Below, one piece after another: positions 27,610-38,689 of a DNA stretch of 50,778 nt. The number at the start of each line of letters is the position of its first letter. The first letter of the stretch is position 1. The notes under the pieces are model-generated. The model worked only from the letters and a program-made list of their open reading frames with translations. It made no database searches and had not been told where the DNA came from. Source of the DNA: an uncultured Gemmatimonadota bacterium (GTDB lineage Bacteria > Gemmatimonadota > Gemmatimonadetes > Palauibacterales > Palauibacteraceae); assembly GCA_964613475.1 (NCBI GenBank), contig CAZTGV010000006.1, positions 1 through 50,778 of the forward strand, given 5' to 3'. Made by a program: the position numbers and the translations under genes.

Positions 27610-28818
27610 ATGCGCCCCTTCGACGGACGGCGCGTCCTCCTGGTGGTGACGGGGGGCATCGCGGCGTACAAGAGCGCGATCCTGGCCCGCCGGTTGGTCG
27701 AGGCGGGCGCGGTCGTTGACGCCCTGCTGACGCGGGGAGCGCAACAGTTCATCGGACGGGTCACCTTCGAGGGGCTCACCGGCCGCCCGGCGCACACCTC
27801 GCTCTGGGAGCGCCCGCTCGCGCACCTCGAGCTCGGCCGGGGGGCGGACGTGGCGGTCGTCGCCCCCGCCACGGCGGACTTCCTGTCGCGGATGGCCGTG
27901 GGGGCGGCGGACGAGCTGGGCACCGCCACCCTGCTGGCGGCGCATTGCCCGGTGGTCGTCTGCCCCGCCATGAACACGCGCATGTGGGAGCATCCGGCCA
28001 CGGCCCGGAACGTCGCCACCCTGCGGGAGCGCCGCGTGGTGGTGGTCGGGCCCGCCCACGGCGAGCTGGCGGAGGGGGAGGTCGGGATGGGCCGCATGAG
28101 CGAGCCCGAGGAGATCGTGGAGGCGCTCGGCCGGCTGCTGGAGCCCGCCTCGCCGCTGGCGGGCCGGAAGGTGGTGGTGACGGCGGGGCCCACGCGTGCG
28201 GCCGTGGATCCGGTCCGCTACATCGGGAACCGGTCCTCGGGCCGCATGGGCTTCGCGCTCGCCGCCTCGGCCTGGCGTCGCGGGGCGGAGGTGACGCTCA
28301 TCGCCGGTCCCGGCGCCGCGCCGCGGCCGCGGGGCGTCCCGGCGGTCGAGGTGGAGACGGCCGAGGAGATGCTGGCGGCGCTCCGCCGCGCGCTGGAGGG
28401 CGCCGACCTGCTGCTGATGGCCGCGGCGGTGGCGGACTTCGCGGTGGAGCGGCCGGCCGACCGCAAGATCAAGAAGGCGGACCGGGACGCCCTGGAGCTG
28501 CGGCTGGTGCGCGGCCCGGACCTGCTGGCGGAGACGGCGCGAGAGCGCGAGGGCTGCCTGACCCTGGGCTTCGCGCTGGAGACGGAGGACGCGCTGGAGC
28601 GTGGGCGTCGGAAGCTGGAGGAGAAGGGGCTGGACTTCGTGGCGATCAACGAGGCCGGGCGGCCGGACGCCGGCTTCGAGGTCGCGACGAACCGGGTGAC
28701 CCTGGTGGACCGGTGGGGCGACGTGGAGGCGCTTCCGCTCCTCCCGAAGGCCGAGGTGGCCGATCGCCTGCTGGACCGCATCGAGGAGCGGCTCGAGGAG
28801 CGGATCGAGGAGCGGTGA
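27610..28818 (+). CDS. coaBC: Bifunctional phosphopantothenoylcysteine decarboxylase/ligase
   Basis: TGGIAAYK, PAMNTRMW, TAGPT..DPVRYIGNRSSGRMG, GFALET. Confidence 0.96.
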   Translation: MRPFDGRRVLLVVTGGIAAYKSAILARRLVEAGAVVDALLTRGAQQFIGRVTFEGLTGRPAHTSLWERPLAHLELGRGADVAVVAPATADFLSRMAVGAADELGTATLLAAHCPVVVCPAMNTRMWEHPATARNVATLRERRVVVVGPAHGELAEGEVGMGRMSEPEEIVEALGRLLEPASPLAGRKVVVTAGPTRAAVDPVRYIGNRSSGRMGFALAASAWRRGAEVTLIAGPGAAPRPRGVPAVEVETAEEMLAALRRALEGADLLLMAAAVADFAVERPADRKIKKADRDALELRLVRGPDLLAETAREREGCLTLGFALETEDALERGRRKLEEKGLDFVAINEAGRPDAGFEVATNRVTLVDRWGDVEALPLLPKAEVADRLLDRIEERLEERIEER

Positions 28819-29591
28819 GGGAGCTGCTGCGCGCGTACCTGCAGGGGCGGATCGATCTCGAGGAGCCGGAGCTGGTGCTCCGGGGGACAGAGCGGCGGGC
28901 GGCGCTCCGGGCGGTGCGCCGCCTGGCGGCCGGGATCCCGCCCCGCGCCGCCGCCGCGGTCACGGAGACGGGCGTCTCCGATGCCGAGGTGCGCCGCCTC
29001 GCCCGGGAGGGCCGTCCGGACGAGATCCGCGCGCTTCCCGAGCTCCCGGTGCTCCGGGAGGTCGCCCTCGGCTGCACGCGCTGCGGGCTGCACGAGACGC
29101 GGCGCACGGTCGTGTTCGGGGAAGGGGATCCCCACGCCCGGGTCGTGTGCGTCGGGGAGGCGCCGGGCGCCCGCGAGGACGAGACCGGCCGCCCCTTCGT
29201 CGGCCGGGCGGGTAAGCTCCTGGACCGGCTGCTGCTGAGCGCCGGCTTCCCGCGCGAGTCCGTCTACATCTGCAACGTCCTCAAATGCCGTCCCCCCAAC
29301 AACCGAAATCCCCGCCCCGAAGAGATCGAGGCCTGCGCGCCCTACCTGCTCGGACAGCTCGAACGGATCGATCCGTCCGTGATCGTCGCCTTCGGGACCT
29401 TCGCCGCCCGCACGCTGCTCGAGACCCGGGAGTCGTTGGGTCGGCTGAGGGGGCGGACGCACCTCTTCCAAGGCTATCCGGTCGTGGTCACCTACCATCC
29501 GGCCGCGCTGCTCCGCAACCCGCGCTGGACGCGCCCCACCTGGGAGGACCTGCAGCGGGTCCGCCGGCTCACGGAGGAGCTCGGTGGCTGA
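28815..29591 (+). CDS. Family 4 uracil-DNA glycosylase (4Fe-4S)
   Basis: CTRCGLH, GEAPGARED..GRPFVG, KCRPPNNRNP, TYHPAALLR; GTGA overlap. Confidence 0.93.
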   Translation: MRELLRAYLQGRIDLEEPELVLRGTERRAALRAVRRLAAGIPPRAAAAVTETGVSDAEVRRLAREGRPDEIRALPELPVLREVALGCTRCGLHETRRTVVFGEGDPHARVVCVGEAPGAREDETGRPFVGRAGKLLDRLLLSAGFPRESVYICNVLKCRPPNNRNPRPEEIEACAPYLLGQLERIDPSVIVAFGTFAARTLLETRESLGRLRGRTHLFQGYPVVVTYHPAALLRNPRWTRPTWEDLQRVRRLTEELGG

Positions 29592-30972
29592 CACCCTGCT
29601 CTCGGTCCGGCGGACGGAGGCGTTCGGCGAGCGCCAGCCGCCCTGGTCCGAGGAGGCGGAGATCTCCGTCCTCGGGGGCATGCTCATCGACGGGGACGCG
29701 GTCGCCCGCGCGGTGGAGCTGGTGGACGACGCGGCCTTCTACAAGGAGGCCAACCGGCGGCTCTTCCGCGCCATGGCGCGCCTGTACAACCGCGGGGAGG
29801 TCATCGACCCGGTCACCCTCACGGACGAGCTGAAGTCGGCCGGCGAGCTCGAGGCCGCCGGCGGCATGAGCTACGTGGCGCAGCTGGTGGACGCCGTGCC
29901 GACGGCGGCGAACATCGAGTACCACTGCCGGATCCTGCGCGACAAGTCCACGCTGAGGCGACTCATAGAGGCGGCCACCGACATCGTCCGGGACGCCTTC
30001 GAGGCGCCGGCTGGCGAGGTGGACGAGACGCTGGACCGGGCCGAGCAGAGGGTGTTCGAGATCGCCCAGTCGGCCCAGCGCGCCGGATTCGTGTGGATCA
30101 AGGAGATCCTGTGGCCGGCGTTCGAGCGCATCGAGGAGCTCCAGAGGAGCCCCGGGGCGGTGACCGGCGTGCCTACCGGGTTCTCCGACCTCGACCATCT
30201 GACGGCCGGCTTCCAGCCCTCCGACCTCATCATCCTGGCCGGACGCCCGTCGATGGGGAAGACGGCGCTGGCGCTGAATTTCGCGCAGCACGCGGCGATC
30301 GAGGCCGAGGTGCCGGTGGCGATCTTCTCGCTCGAGATGGCGAAGGAGTCGCTCGTGCAGCGGCTCCTGTGCGCGGAGGGGCGGGTGGACTCGAGCCGGC
30401 TCCGCCGCGGGACGCTCCAGGACGACGAGTACGCGCGGCTGGCCACGGCGGCCGGGCACCTGAACACGGCCCCGATATGGATCGACGACTCGGCGGCGAT
30501 CTCCGCCCTCGAGCTCCGGGCCAAGGCGCGCCGGCTGCGCGCCGAAGTGGACCTCGGGCTGATCATCGTCGACTACCTCCAGCTCATGGCCGGGCCGCGG
30601 AACGCCGAGAACCGGCAGCAGGAGATCAGCAGCATCTCGCGCGCCCTCAAGGCGGTGGCGAAGGAGCTGAACGTGCCCGTGCTGGCGCTCTCGCAGCTCT
30701 CGCGGGCGCCGGAGCAGCGGACCGACCACCGGCCGGTGCTGGCCGACCTCCGGGAGTCGGGGGCGATCGAGCAGGACGCCGACCTGGTGCTCTTCGTGTT
30801 CCGCGAGGAGGTGTACAAGAGCCGCGAGGACCTCCAGGCGGACCCTGGCCTGGAGGGCAAGTCGGACCTCATCATCGGCAAGCAGCGGAACGGCCCCACC
30901 GGGGAGATCCCCCTCTTCTTCCACAAGTCCTACACGCTCTTCGACTCCCTCAGCCGCCGGGACGAGGGCTGA
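29584..30972 (+). CDS. dnaB: Replicative DNA helicase
   Basis: AGRPSMGKT, FSLEM, IVDYLQLM, SQLSR, DLRESGAIEQDAD, KQRNGPTG; no intein. Confidence 0.97.
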   Translation: MADTLLSVRRTEAFGERQPPWSEEAEISVLGGMLIDGDAVARAVELVDDAAFYKEANRRLFRAMARLYNRGEVIDPVTLTDELKSAGELEAAGGMSYVAQLVDAVPTAANIEYHCRILRDKSTLRRLIEAATDIVRDAFEAPAGEVDETLDRAEQRVFEIAQSAQRAGFVWIKEILWPAFERIEELQRSPGAVTGVPTGFSDLDHLTAGFQPSDLIILAGRPSMGKTALALNFAQHAAIEAEVPVAIFSLEMAKESLVQRLLCAEGRVDSSRLRRGTLQDDEYARLATAAGHLNTAPIWIDDSAAISALELRAKARRLRAEVDLGLIIVDYLQLMAGPRNAENRQQEISSISRALKAVAKELNVPVLALSQLSRAPEQRTDHRPVLADLRESGAIEQDADLVLFVFREEVYKSREDLQADPGLEGKSDLIIGKQRNGPTGEIPLFFHKSYTLFDSLSRRDEG

Positions 30973-30976
30973 GGCC

Positions 30977-32395
30977 GTGACGTCGCGGGGCGCCGGGTAC
31001 GTCTGCGCCGCCTGCGGACGGAGGAGCCTGCGATGGGAAGGGCGCTGCCCCGGCTGCGGGGAGTGGAACGCCCTGCGTGCGGCGCCCCCGGAGCCCGCCG
31101 GGGCCGGCGGACGGCGCGACCGGTCGAAGGCGGCCGCGCACCCGGCTTCCGCGGCGCCGCTCTCCGCCGCCCGGCGGGACGAGTCCGTGCGCCGGACGCT
31201 CGGCCTCGGCGAGCTGGACCTGGTGCTGGGCGGCGGCCTCGTGCCCGGCTGTCTGGCGCTCCTCGGCGGCGCGCCGGGGATCGGCAAGTCGACGCTGCTG
31301 CTCCAGGTCGCGGCGCGGATCGCCGAGACGGGCGGCACCGCCCTCTACGCATCGGGCGAGGAATCGGCGGAGCAGGTGCGCCTGCGGGCATCGCGGATCG
31401 GGCCGGAGGCCGAGCGGGTGCTCTTCCTGGCCGAGACGGACGTGGCGCGGCTCGAGGCGACGGCGGCGGAGGTGCGGCCGGACCTGCTGTGCGTCGACTC
31501 CGTCCAGACCCTGTCGAGCGACGCGCTCGGCTCGGCGCCGGGCACGGTGCACCAGGTCCGGGAGTGCGCGGCGGCGCTGCAGGCGTACGCCAAGCGCTCG
31601 GGCACGCCGGTCTTCCTGGTCGGGCACGTCACCAAGGGCGGGAGCCTGGCGGGGCCGCGCACCCTGGAGCACCTGGTGGACGCGGTGCTGCACCTCGAGG
31701 GGCCGCGCGGGGGCGAGCACCGGATCCTGCGGGCGACGAAGAACCGCTTCGGGAGCGCCGGCGAGGTGGCGGTCTTCCGCATGGTCGCTGCGGGGCTCGA
31801 GCCGGTCGCGGACCCGGCGACCGCCTTCCTGTCCGATCGCCCCGAGGGAGAGAGCGGCTCGGCGGTGGCCGTGCCGCTCGAGGGCTCGCGCCCGCTGCTC
31901 GCCGAGGTCCAGGCGCTGGTCGCCCCGGCCCGGTTCGGCACCCCGCAGCGCTCGGCCACCGGCTTCCCGCCGCGGCGGCTCGGGATGCTGCTCGCGGTGC
32001 TGGAGCGGCGGGCGGGGATCTCGCCCGGCGAGGGGGACGTGTTCGTCAACGTGGTCGGCGGGCTGCGGCTCGCCGATCCGGCGGCGGACCTGGCGGTGCT
32101 CGCCGCGCTGGCCTCGGCCGCGCGGGACCGGCCCCTCCCGGACGGGCTGGCGCTGATCGGCGAGGTCGGGCTCGCCGGCGAGGTGCGCGGGGTGGCCCGG
32201 CTGGAGCGGCGGCTCCGGGAGGTGGCGCGCGCCGGCCTCTCCACCGCGGTCGTGCCGGCGGGCGCCGCGCCGCAGGCCGCGCCCCCGGGCCTGGCGCTGC
32301 GGCCCGTCTCCCGGGCGCGCGACCTGCTGGCGCTCCTGGAGGCCGGCCGCGAGGGGGCGCGCGGGCGGCCCCTCCCCGCGGGCAGCGCGCGGTGA
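30977..32395 (+). CDS. radA: DNA repair protein RadA/Sms
   Basis: CxxC..CxxC zinc finger, GAPGIGKSTLLLQ, KNRFG, GEVGLAGEVR. Confidence 0.96.
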   Translation: MTSRGAGYVCAACGRRSLRWEGRCPGCGEWNALRAAPPEPAGAGGRRDRSKAAAHPASAAPLSAARRDESVRRTLGLGELDLVLGGGLVPGCLALLGGAPGIGKSTLLLQVAARIAETGGTALYASGEESAEQVRLRASRIGPEAERVLFLAETDVARLEATAAEVRPDLLCVDSVQTLSSDALGSAPGTVHQVRECAAALQAYAKRSGTPVFLVGHVTKGGSLAGPRTLEHLVDAVLHLEGPRGGEHRILRATKNRFGSAGEVAVFRMVAAGLEPVADPATAFLSDRPEGESGSAVAVPLEGSRPLLAEVQALVAPARFGTPQRSATGFPPRRLGMLLAVLERRAGISPGEGDVFVNVVGGLRLADPAADLAVLAALASAARDRPLPDGLALIGEVGLAGEVRGVARLERRLREVARAGLSTAVVPAGAAPQAAPPGLALRPVSRARDLLALLEAGREGARGRPLPAGSAR

Positions 32396-33177
32396 GCGGC
32401 GGCGAGGCGAAGGAGCCCGGTCCGCGGCCGCCGGGGGCGGCGGCTCCCGCGGCCTCCGGCGCCCCCACGCCACTCCCCCGCGCGGCGGCGGTCGTGGTGG
32501 CGGCCGGGCGGGGACGGCGGCTCGGCGGCGAGGCGCGCAAGCAGTTCGTCACGCTCGGCGATCGGCCGGTGCTCGCCTGGGCGCTGGGCGCGTTCGCCCG
32601 GCATCCCGACGTGACCGGCATCGTGGCGGTGGTGCCCGAGGAGGTGGCGGCGTCCCCGCCCGCCTGGCTCTCCGCGCTGGCGGACGAGGTGGTGGCCGGC
32701 GGCGAGACGCGCCCGGCCTCGGTCGTCCGGGGCCTGACGGCCGTCGGAGGGGGGATGGAGCGGGTGCTGGTGCACGACGGGGTGCGGCCCTTCGCCAGCG
32801 CCGACCTCATCGCCCGGGTGGCGCGGGCGGCGGAGGCGGGCGGGGCGGTGCCGGTGCTGCCGGTGGTGGACACGCTGAAGGAGGTGGACGGGGAGGGGCG
32901 CATCGTGCGGACCGTGCCCCGCGACCGCCTCGGCCGGGCCCAGACCCCCCAGGGATTTCCCCTCGGGGTGCTCCGGGAGGCATACGGGATCGGCGAGGAG
33001 ACCGGAGGGGCCGGAGCGGCCCGAGCCGGGGCCACGGACGACGCGGCCTTCTGCGAGTCGCGCGGCGTGCCGGTCCTCACCGTGCCGGGGGAGCCGCACA
33101 ACCTGAAGATCACCGACGCCCTCGACCTCGCCTTCGCCCGCTGGTTGGTGGCGGAGGGCCGGGTGACGCCTTCGTGA
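32392..33177 (+). CDS. ispD: 2-C-methyl-D-erythritol 4-phosphate cytidylyltransferase
   Basis: AAGRGRR..KQF, VHDGVRPF, AQTPQGF, TDDA, NLKIT. Confidence 0.93.
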   Translation: MSGGEAKEPGPRPPGAAAPAASGAPTPLPRAAAVVVAAGRGRRLGGEARKQFVTLGDRPVLAWALGAFARHPDVTGIVAVVPEEVAASPPAWLSALADEVVAGGETRPASVVRGLTAVGGGMERVLVHDGVRPFASADLIARVARAAEAGGAVPVLPVVDTLKEVDGEGRIVRTVPRDRLGRAQTPQGFPLGVLREAYGIGEETGGAGAARAGATDDAAFCESRGVPVLTVPGEPHNLKITDALDLAFARWLVAEGRVTPS

Positions 33178-33914
33178 GCCCCGAGCCCGCGGCCCCGGGG
33201 GCGCGCTCCGGCCGGCGAATCCGAGCGCCGGGTGCGGCGTACGAGTCGCCCATGAAGGTCCGTGAGCTTCGCGCGCCGGCGCAGGGGGCCGCCCTGGAGG
33301 CCGCGGCGGCCGAGGCCGCCGAGCGGCTGGCGGGGGGGGAGATCCTCGTCCACCCCACGTCCACGCTGTACGGTCTCGGCGCGGAGGCGACGCCCGAGGC
33401 CGACGCGGAGATCGCCCGCCTCAAGGGTCGGTCGCCGGGCGCCCCGCTCATCCGCCTGGTCGCCGACGCGGAGACGCTCCTTCGGGCGCGCCCCAGTCTC
33501 CGCTGGGACGAGCGGGCGGAGCGGCTGGCCCGGGAATTCTGGCCGGGGGCGCTCACCCTCGTGCTGGACGACGGCGGCGAGCACGGCCTGGCGGTCCGGG
33601 TGGACGGCCATCCCGTCGTGCGCGCCATCCTGCGCGCCTACGGCGCCCCGATGAGCTCGACCAGCGTGAACCGGAGCGGCGAGCCGCCGGCGGTCGAGCC
33701 GGCCGAGGTCCGCCGCGCCCTGGCCCGGCTTCCGGCGAGCGACCGTCCGGTCACCCTGCTGGACGCCGGGCCGCTCCCCCCCTCGCCGCCCTCGACGCTC
33801 CTGTCGCTCCGGGAGGAGCGGCCCCGGCTGCTGCGGGCGGGGGCGGTCGAGCCGGCCCGGCTGGCGGCGTGCCTGGGCGAGCCGCTGGCAGGCGCGGAGG
33901 GAGGGGGCGGATGA
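33174..33914 (+). CDS. tsaC: L-threonylcarbamoyladenylate synthase (YrdC/Sua5-type; start may be 33252)
   Basis: PTSTLYGL, LKGR, FWPGALTLV, STSVNRSG, PSTLL. Confidence 0.88.
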   Translation: MSPEPAAPGARSGRRIRAPGAAYESPMKVRELRAPAQGAALEAAAAEAAERLAGGEILVHPTSTLYGLGAEATPEADAEIARLKGRSPGAPLIRLVADAETLLRARPSLRWDERAERLAREFWPGALTLVLDDGGEHGLAVRVDGHPVVRAILRAYGAPMSSTSVNRSGEPPAVEPAEVRRALARLPASDRPVTLLDAGPLPPSPPSTLLSLREERPRLLRAGAVEPARLAACLGEPLAGAEGGGG

Positions 33915-34456
33915 GCGCCGGTTCCTCGTCCCCTCCTTCCGAGGCGGCCGGGGGTCGCGGCGGCGCGTCCGGGGTGCGGCGGCTCCTCTTCATCTGCACG
34001 GGGAACACCTGCCGCAGCCCGATGGCCGAGGCGGTCGCCCGCGCGGAGGCCGCGCGCCGGGGGCTGCGCGGGATCCGGGTCCGCTCCGCGGGCACCTTCG
34101 GGGGCGGAGGCCCCGCCACCTCCCTCGCGGTGGCGGCGGGCGCCGCCCGGGGGCTCGACCTGTCGGCGCACCGCTCGCGCCGCCTGAGCGAGGAGGACCT
34201 GGCGTGGGCCGACCTGGTGCTCGCCATGAGCCCTGACCACGCGGCGGCGGCGCGCGCGCTCGACCCCCGGGCACGGGTCGAGCTCGTCACCCGGTACCTT
34301 CCGCCGGACGACCCCGACCACGGCGCGCCGGTCACCGATCCGCTCGGCGGAGAGCGGGAGGACTACGACGCCGCGCTCTCCCTGCTCGAGCGGGCGATCG
34401 CCGGTCTGTTCGACGCCCTCGCGGCGAGCGAGGAGCCCGCGCCGGAGGGCGAATGA
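33911..34456 (+). CDS. Low-molecular-weight protein phosphatase (YwlE-like arginine phosphatase)
   Basis: FICTGNTCRSPMAE P-loop, SAGT, DP motif. Confidence 0.9.
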   Translation: MSAGSSSPPSEAAGGRGGASGVRRLLFICTGNTCRSPMAEAVARAEAARRGLRGIRVRSAGTFGGGGPATSLAVAAGAARGLDLSAHRSRRLSEEDLAWADLVLAMSPDHAAAARALDPRARVELVTRYLPPDDPDHGAPVTDPLGGEREDYDAALSLLERAIAGLFDALAASEEPAPEGE

Positions 34457-35373
34457 GCGGCGGGGCGCCACCCCGGCCGGCGCGGACGTTCGCGCTGCTC
34501 GGCCGACCGGTCGAGCACTCCGTGTCGCCCGCCCTGTACCGGACCGCCTTCCGGCGCCTGGGGCTATCCGCCGGCTACGAGGCGCGGGCGGTCGACGGTC
34601 GCGGCCTGGAGGCGGCGCTCCGGGCGTACGCGCGGCGAGGCGGGGGAAACGTGACCCTTCCGCACAAGGAGCGCGCGGCCGCGGCGCTGGAGCTCCGGAG
34701 CGACGCGGTCGCCGCGACCGGCGCCTGCAACTGCTTCTGGGCCGACGAGGACGGCCGCCTGGCCGGGGACAACACGGATGTCGAGGGCTTCCTGGCGGCC
34801 GTGCGGGCGTGGCGCGGCGAGGGCTGCCTGGCCGGCGCCCGCGTGCTGCTGCTCGGAGCGGGCGGGGCCGCGCGCGCGGTGCTGCACGCCTGCCTGCGCG
34901 CCGGGGCGGCGCGGGTGGAGGTGCGCAACCGGACCGAATCGCGCGCGCGAGCGCTGGCGGCCGAGCTCGGGGGCGCGGGGGACCGGGTCGTGGCGGGCGC
35001 CCTCCTGCCCCCATCAGCGGGGGAGGAGGAGGGTCGCCTCGCGCAGGGCCCGGGAACCGCCTGGGAGCTGGTCGTGAACGCGACCTCGCTCGGCCTGCGC
35101 GCGGACGATCCGCTGCCGCTCTCGCTCGAGGGCCCGGCCGCCGTCGGGGCCGCCATGGACCTGGTGTACGGGCCGGACGGCACCGCCTGGACGCGGCACG
35201 CCCGCTCCCGCGGCGTGCCGGCGCGTGATGGTCTCGACATGCTCGTCCGGCAGGCCGGTCTCGCGCTCTTGCGCTGGTTTCCGGACGTCGCGCCCCCGCT
35301 CGAGGCGATGCGCGGCGCGGCGCGCGCGGCGCTGGCGGCGCGGGCTCCGGCGGGGCGCTCGAGGGCCCGGTGA
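34453..35373 (+). CDS. aroE: Shikimate dehydrogenase
   Basis: HSVSP, NVTLPHK, DNTD, GAGGAARA, NRT, NATSLG, DLVY, DGLDML. Confidence 0.93.
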   Translation: MSGGAPPRPARTFALLGRPVEHSVSPALYRTAFRRLGLSAGYEARAVDGRGLEAALRAYARRGGGNVTLPHKERAAAALELRSDAVAATGACNCFWADEDGRLAGDNTDVEGFLAAVRAWRGEGCLAGARVLLLGAGGAARAVLHACLRAGAARVEVRNRTESRARALAAELGGAGDRVVAGALLPPSAGEEEGRLAQGPGTAWELVVNATSLGLRADDPLPLSLEGPAAVGAAMDLVYGPDGTAWTRHARSRGVPARDGLDMLVRQAGLALLRWFPDVAPPLEAMRGAARAALAARAPAGRSRAR

Positions 35374-36227
35374 AGGAGCCGCGAGACGGTCCCGCGGCGG
35401 CGCGCGGGCGCGCCCACCGACGGGGCGGCGCAAGGCATGGAACGTGCGCTCCCGCGCTCCCGGCGGAAGCCGGGAGGTCGGCGCCGGTCGGCCTCGGCCG
35501 CCGGCTGCTGGATGCGCTGATCCCGCCGGCGTGCGTGGACTGCGGCGCGGGCCTGCCGCCCGCGCGGCCGCCGGTCTGCGCGCTGTGCTGGCACCGGCTT
35601 CCCCGCATCCCGCCCCCGCACTGCGAGCGCTGCGGGGCCACGCACCCGGGCGCGGGGGCCGGCCTCGCGGCGGCGGGGGCGTGTCCGGATTGCCAGGACT
35701 GGCCGGAGACGCTGCGGCGGGCCGCGGCGCCGTTTCGGATGGAGGCCGGCGCGGCGCGGCTGGTGCGAGGGCTGAAGTACGGCGGCTGGCGCTCGCTCGC
35801 CGAGCCGATGGGCCGGGCGATGGCGGAGGCGGCCCGGCGCCTGGCGCCGCCGGGCGAGGGCGCGGTCCTCGTCCCGGTGCCGCTCGCGCCGGCGCGGGCG
35901 CGGGAGCGCGGCTTCAATCAGGCGGAGCTCCTGGCGCGCGCGCTGACGGAGGCCACCGGCTGGCCCTGCCTGAGCGCCCTGGTCCGCGTGCGGACGGGAC
36001 GAAGGCAGGCGCGTCTCGGGCGGCGCGGCCGGAGCGGCAACGTGAAGGGCGCGTTCCGCGCGGCCGCCGGCTCGCGGCGGCGGCGACTCGCCGTGCTGGT
36101 CGATGACGTGGTCACGACCGGGTCGACCGCGGCCGCCTGCGCCGAGGCGCTGCTCGAGGCTGGAACCCCCTGCGCGGGCGTGGTAAGCTTCGCCAGGGCC
36201 AGCACTCCGCTCGGTGGCCGCGCCTGA
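35370..36227 (+). CDS. comF: ComF family protein (double zinc ribbon plus PRTase)
   Basis: Four CxxC motifs, RGFNQA, VLVDDVVTTGST; start uncertain. Confidence 0.88.
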   Translation: MKEPRDGPAAARGRAHRRGGARHGTCAPALPAEAGRSAPVGLGRRLLDALIPPACVDCGAGLPPARPPVCALCWHRLPRIPPPHCERCGATHPGAGAGLAAAGACPDCQDWPETLRRAAAPFRMEAGAARLVRGLKYGGWRSLAEPMGRAMAEAARRLAPPGEGAVLVPVPLAPARARERGFNQAELLARALTEATGWPCLSALVRVRTGRRQARLGRRGRSGNVKGAFRAAAGSRRRRLAVLVDDVVTTGSTAAACAEALLEAGTPCAGVVSFARASTPLGGRA

Positions 36228-37376
<1,149 letters not shown>

Positions 37377-37386
37377 CGCCGGGTCG

Positions 37387-38622
37387 GTGAAGCGCACCCT
37401 CCGCGACCTGTCCGCCGCCGAGCTCCTGCGTCGCCGCGCGCTGGTCCGGGTCGACTACAACGTGCCCCTGCAAGACGGGCGGGTTACCGATCTCGCCCGG
37501 GTCGAGGCCTCCGTCCCCACGCTCGAGCACCTGCTGCGCGCGGAGGCGCGTCCCGTGCTCCTCTCCCATCTGGGACGTCCGAAGGGAAGCTCCGACCCCC
37601 GCCTCTCGCTGGCGCCCGTGGCACCGCTCCTGTCGGAGCTCCTGGGGGTGCCGGTCGCCTTCGGCGGCCCGGCCGACGCGGCGGACGCGGTCGAGGCGAG
37701 CCGGGCGCTCACCAGCGGGGAGGTCCTGCTGCTCGAGAACACCCGCTTCCTTCCGGGCGAGACCTCCGACGACGACGACCTGGCCCGCCGGCTCGCCACC
37801 CTGGGCGACCTGTTCGTGAACGACGCCTTCGGGAGCCTGCACCGGGCGCACGCCTCCATCGTCGGCCTGGCGCGGCACCTCCGACCGGCGGTGGCCGGCC
37901 TGCTGGTGGAGGCGGAGCTCGAGGCGCTCGACTCGCTGCGCGAGACGCCGGCACGTCCGTTCGTGGTCGCCCTCGGTGGCGCGAAGGTGTCCGACAAGGT
38001 GGCGCTGCTGAAGCGCTTCGCCGAGACGGCCGACCGCCTGCTGGTGGGGGGCGCGATGGCCAACACCTTCCTGCGGGCGCGCGGCCTCGGCACCGGACGT
38101 TCCCTGGTCGAGGAGAACGCGCTCGAGGCGGCGCGGGAGGTGATGGAGACGGCCGGAGACCGGCTGCGGCTCCCGACGGACCTGGTCGTGGCGCCCGCCT
38201 CGTCCGAGGATGGCTCGGGGAGGGAGGGTGCGGCGGGGGCCGAGGGCGACCCCGGGCGGGGGGCGCGCACGGTGCCCCCGGACGGCATTCCCGCCGCCGC
38301 CGCCGCCCTGGACGTCGGTCCGGAGACGCGGGAGGCGTGGGCCGCCGAGCTGGAAGGGGCGGCGACCTTCTTCTGGAACGGCCCGATGGGACGGTTCGAG
38401 CGGGAGCCGTTCGACGAGGGCACGGTGGCCCTCGCCCGGGCCGCCGCCGAAGCCACCCGCCGCGGCGCCTTCACCGTGATCGGCGGAGGGGATTCCGCCG
38501 CCGCCATTCGCAGGGCGGGGGTCGCGCATCAGGTCTCGCACGTCTCGACGGGCGGGGGCGCGGCGCTGGAGTACCTCGCCACCGGAACGTTGCCGGGTCT
38601 GGAGGCGCTGGACGACGCATAG
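37387..38622 (+). CDS. pgk: Phosphoglycerate kinase
   Basis: RVDYNVP, SHLGRPKG, NDAFG..HRAHAS, GGAKVSDK, STGGGA. Confidence 0.97.
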   Translation: MKRTLRDLSAAELLRRRALVRVDYNVPLQDGRVTDLARVEASVPTLEHLLRAEARPVLLSHLGRPKGSSDPRLSLAPVAPLLSELLGVPVAFGGPADAADAVEASRALTSGEVLLLENTRFLPGETSDDDDLARRLATLGDLFVNDAFGSLHRAHASIVGLARHLRPAVAGLLVEAELEALDSLRETPARPFVVALGGAKVSDKVALLKRFAETADRLLVGGAMANTFLRARGLGTGRSLVEENALEAAREVMETAGDRLRLPTDLVVAPASSEDGSGREGAAGAEGDPGRGARTVPPDGIPAAAAALDVGPETREAWAAELEGAATFFWNGPMGRFEREPFDEGTVALARAAAEATRRGAFTVIGGGDSAAAIRRAGVAHQVSHVSTGGGAALEYLATGTLPGLEALDDA

Positions 38623-38689
38623 CCGGAGCGATGCCGGCGTCCCGCCGCCGCCGGATCCGCGAGCGCACGCACCCGAGCCGAGAGGGACG

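Noticed and set aside
28780-28815. 12-bp triplication at the end of coaBC (IEER/LEER/IEER)
   Set aside because: Simple slippage at a dispensable C-terminus
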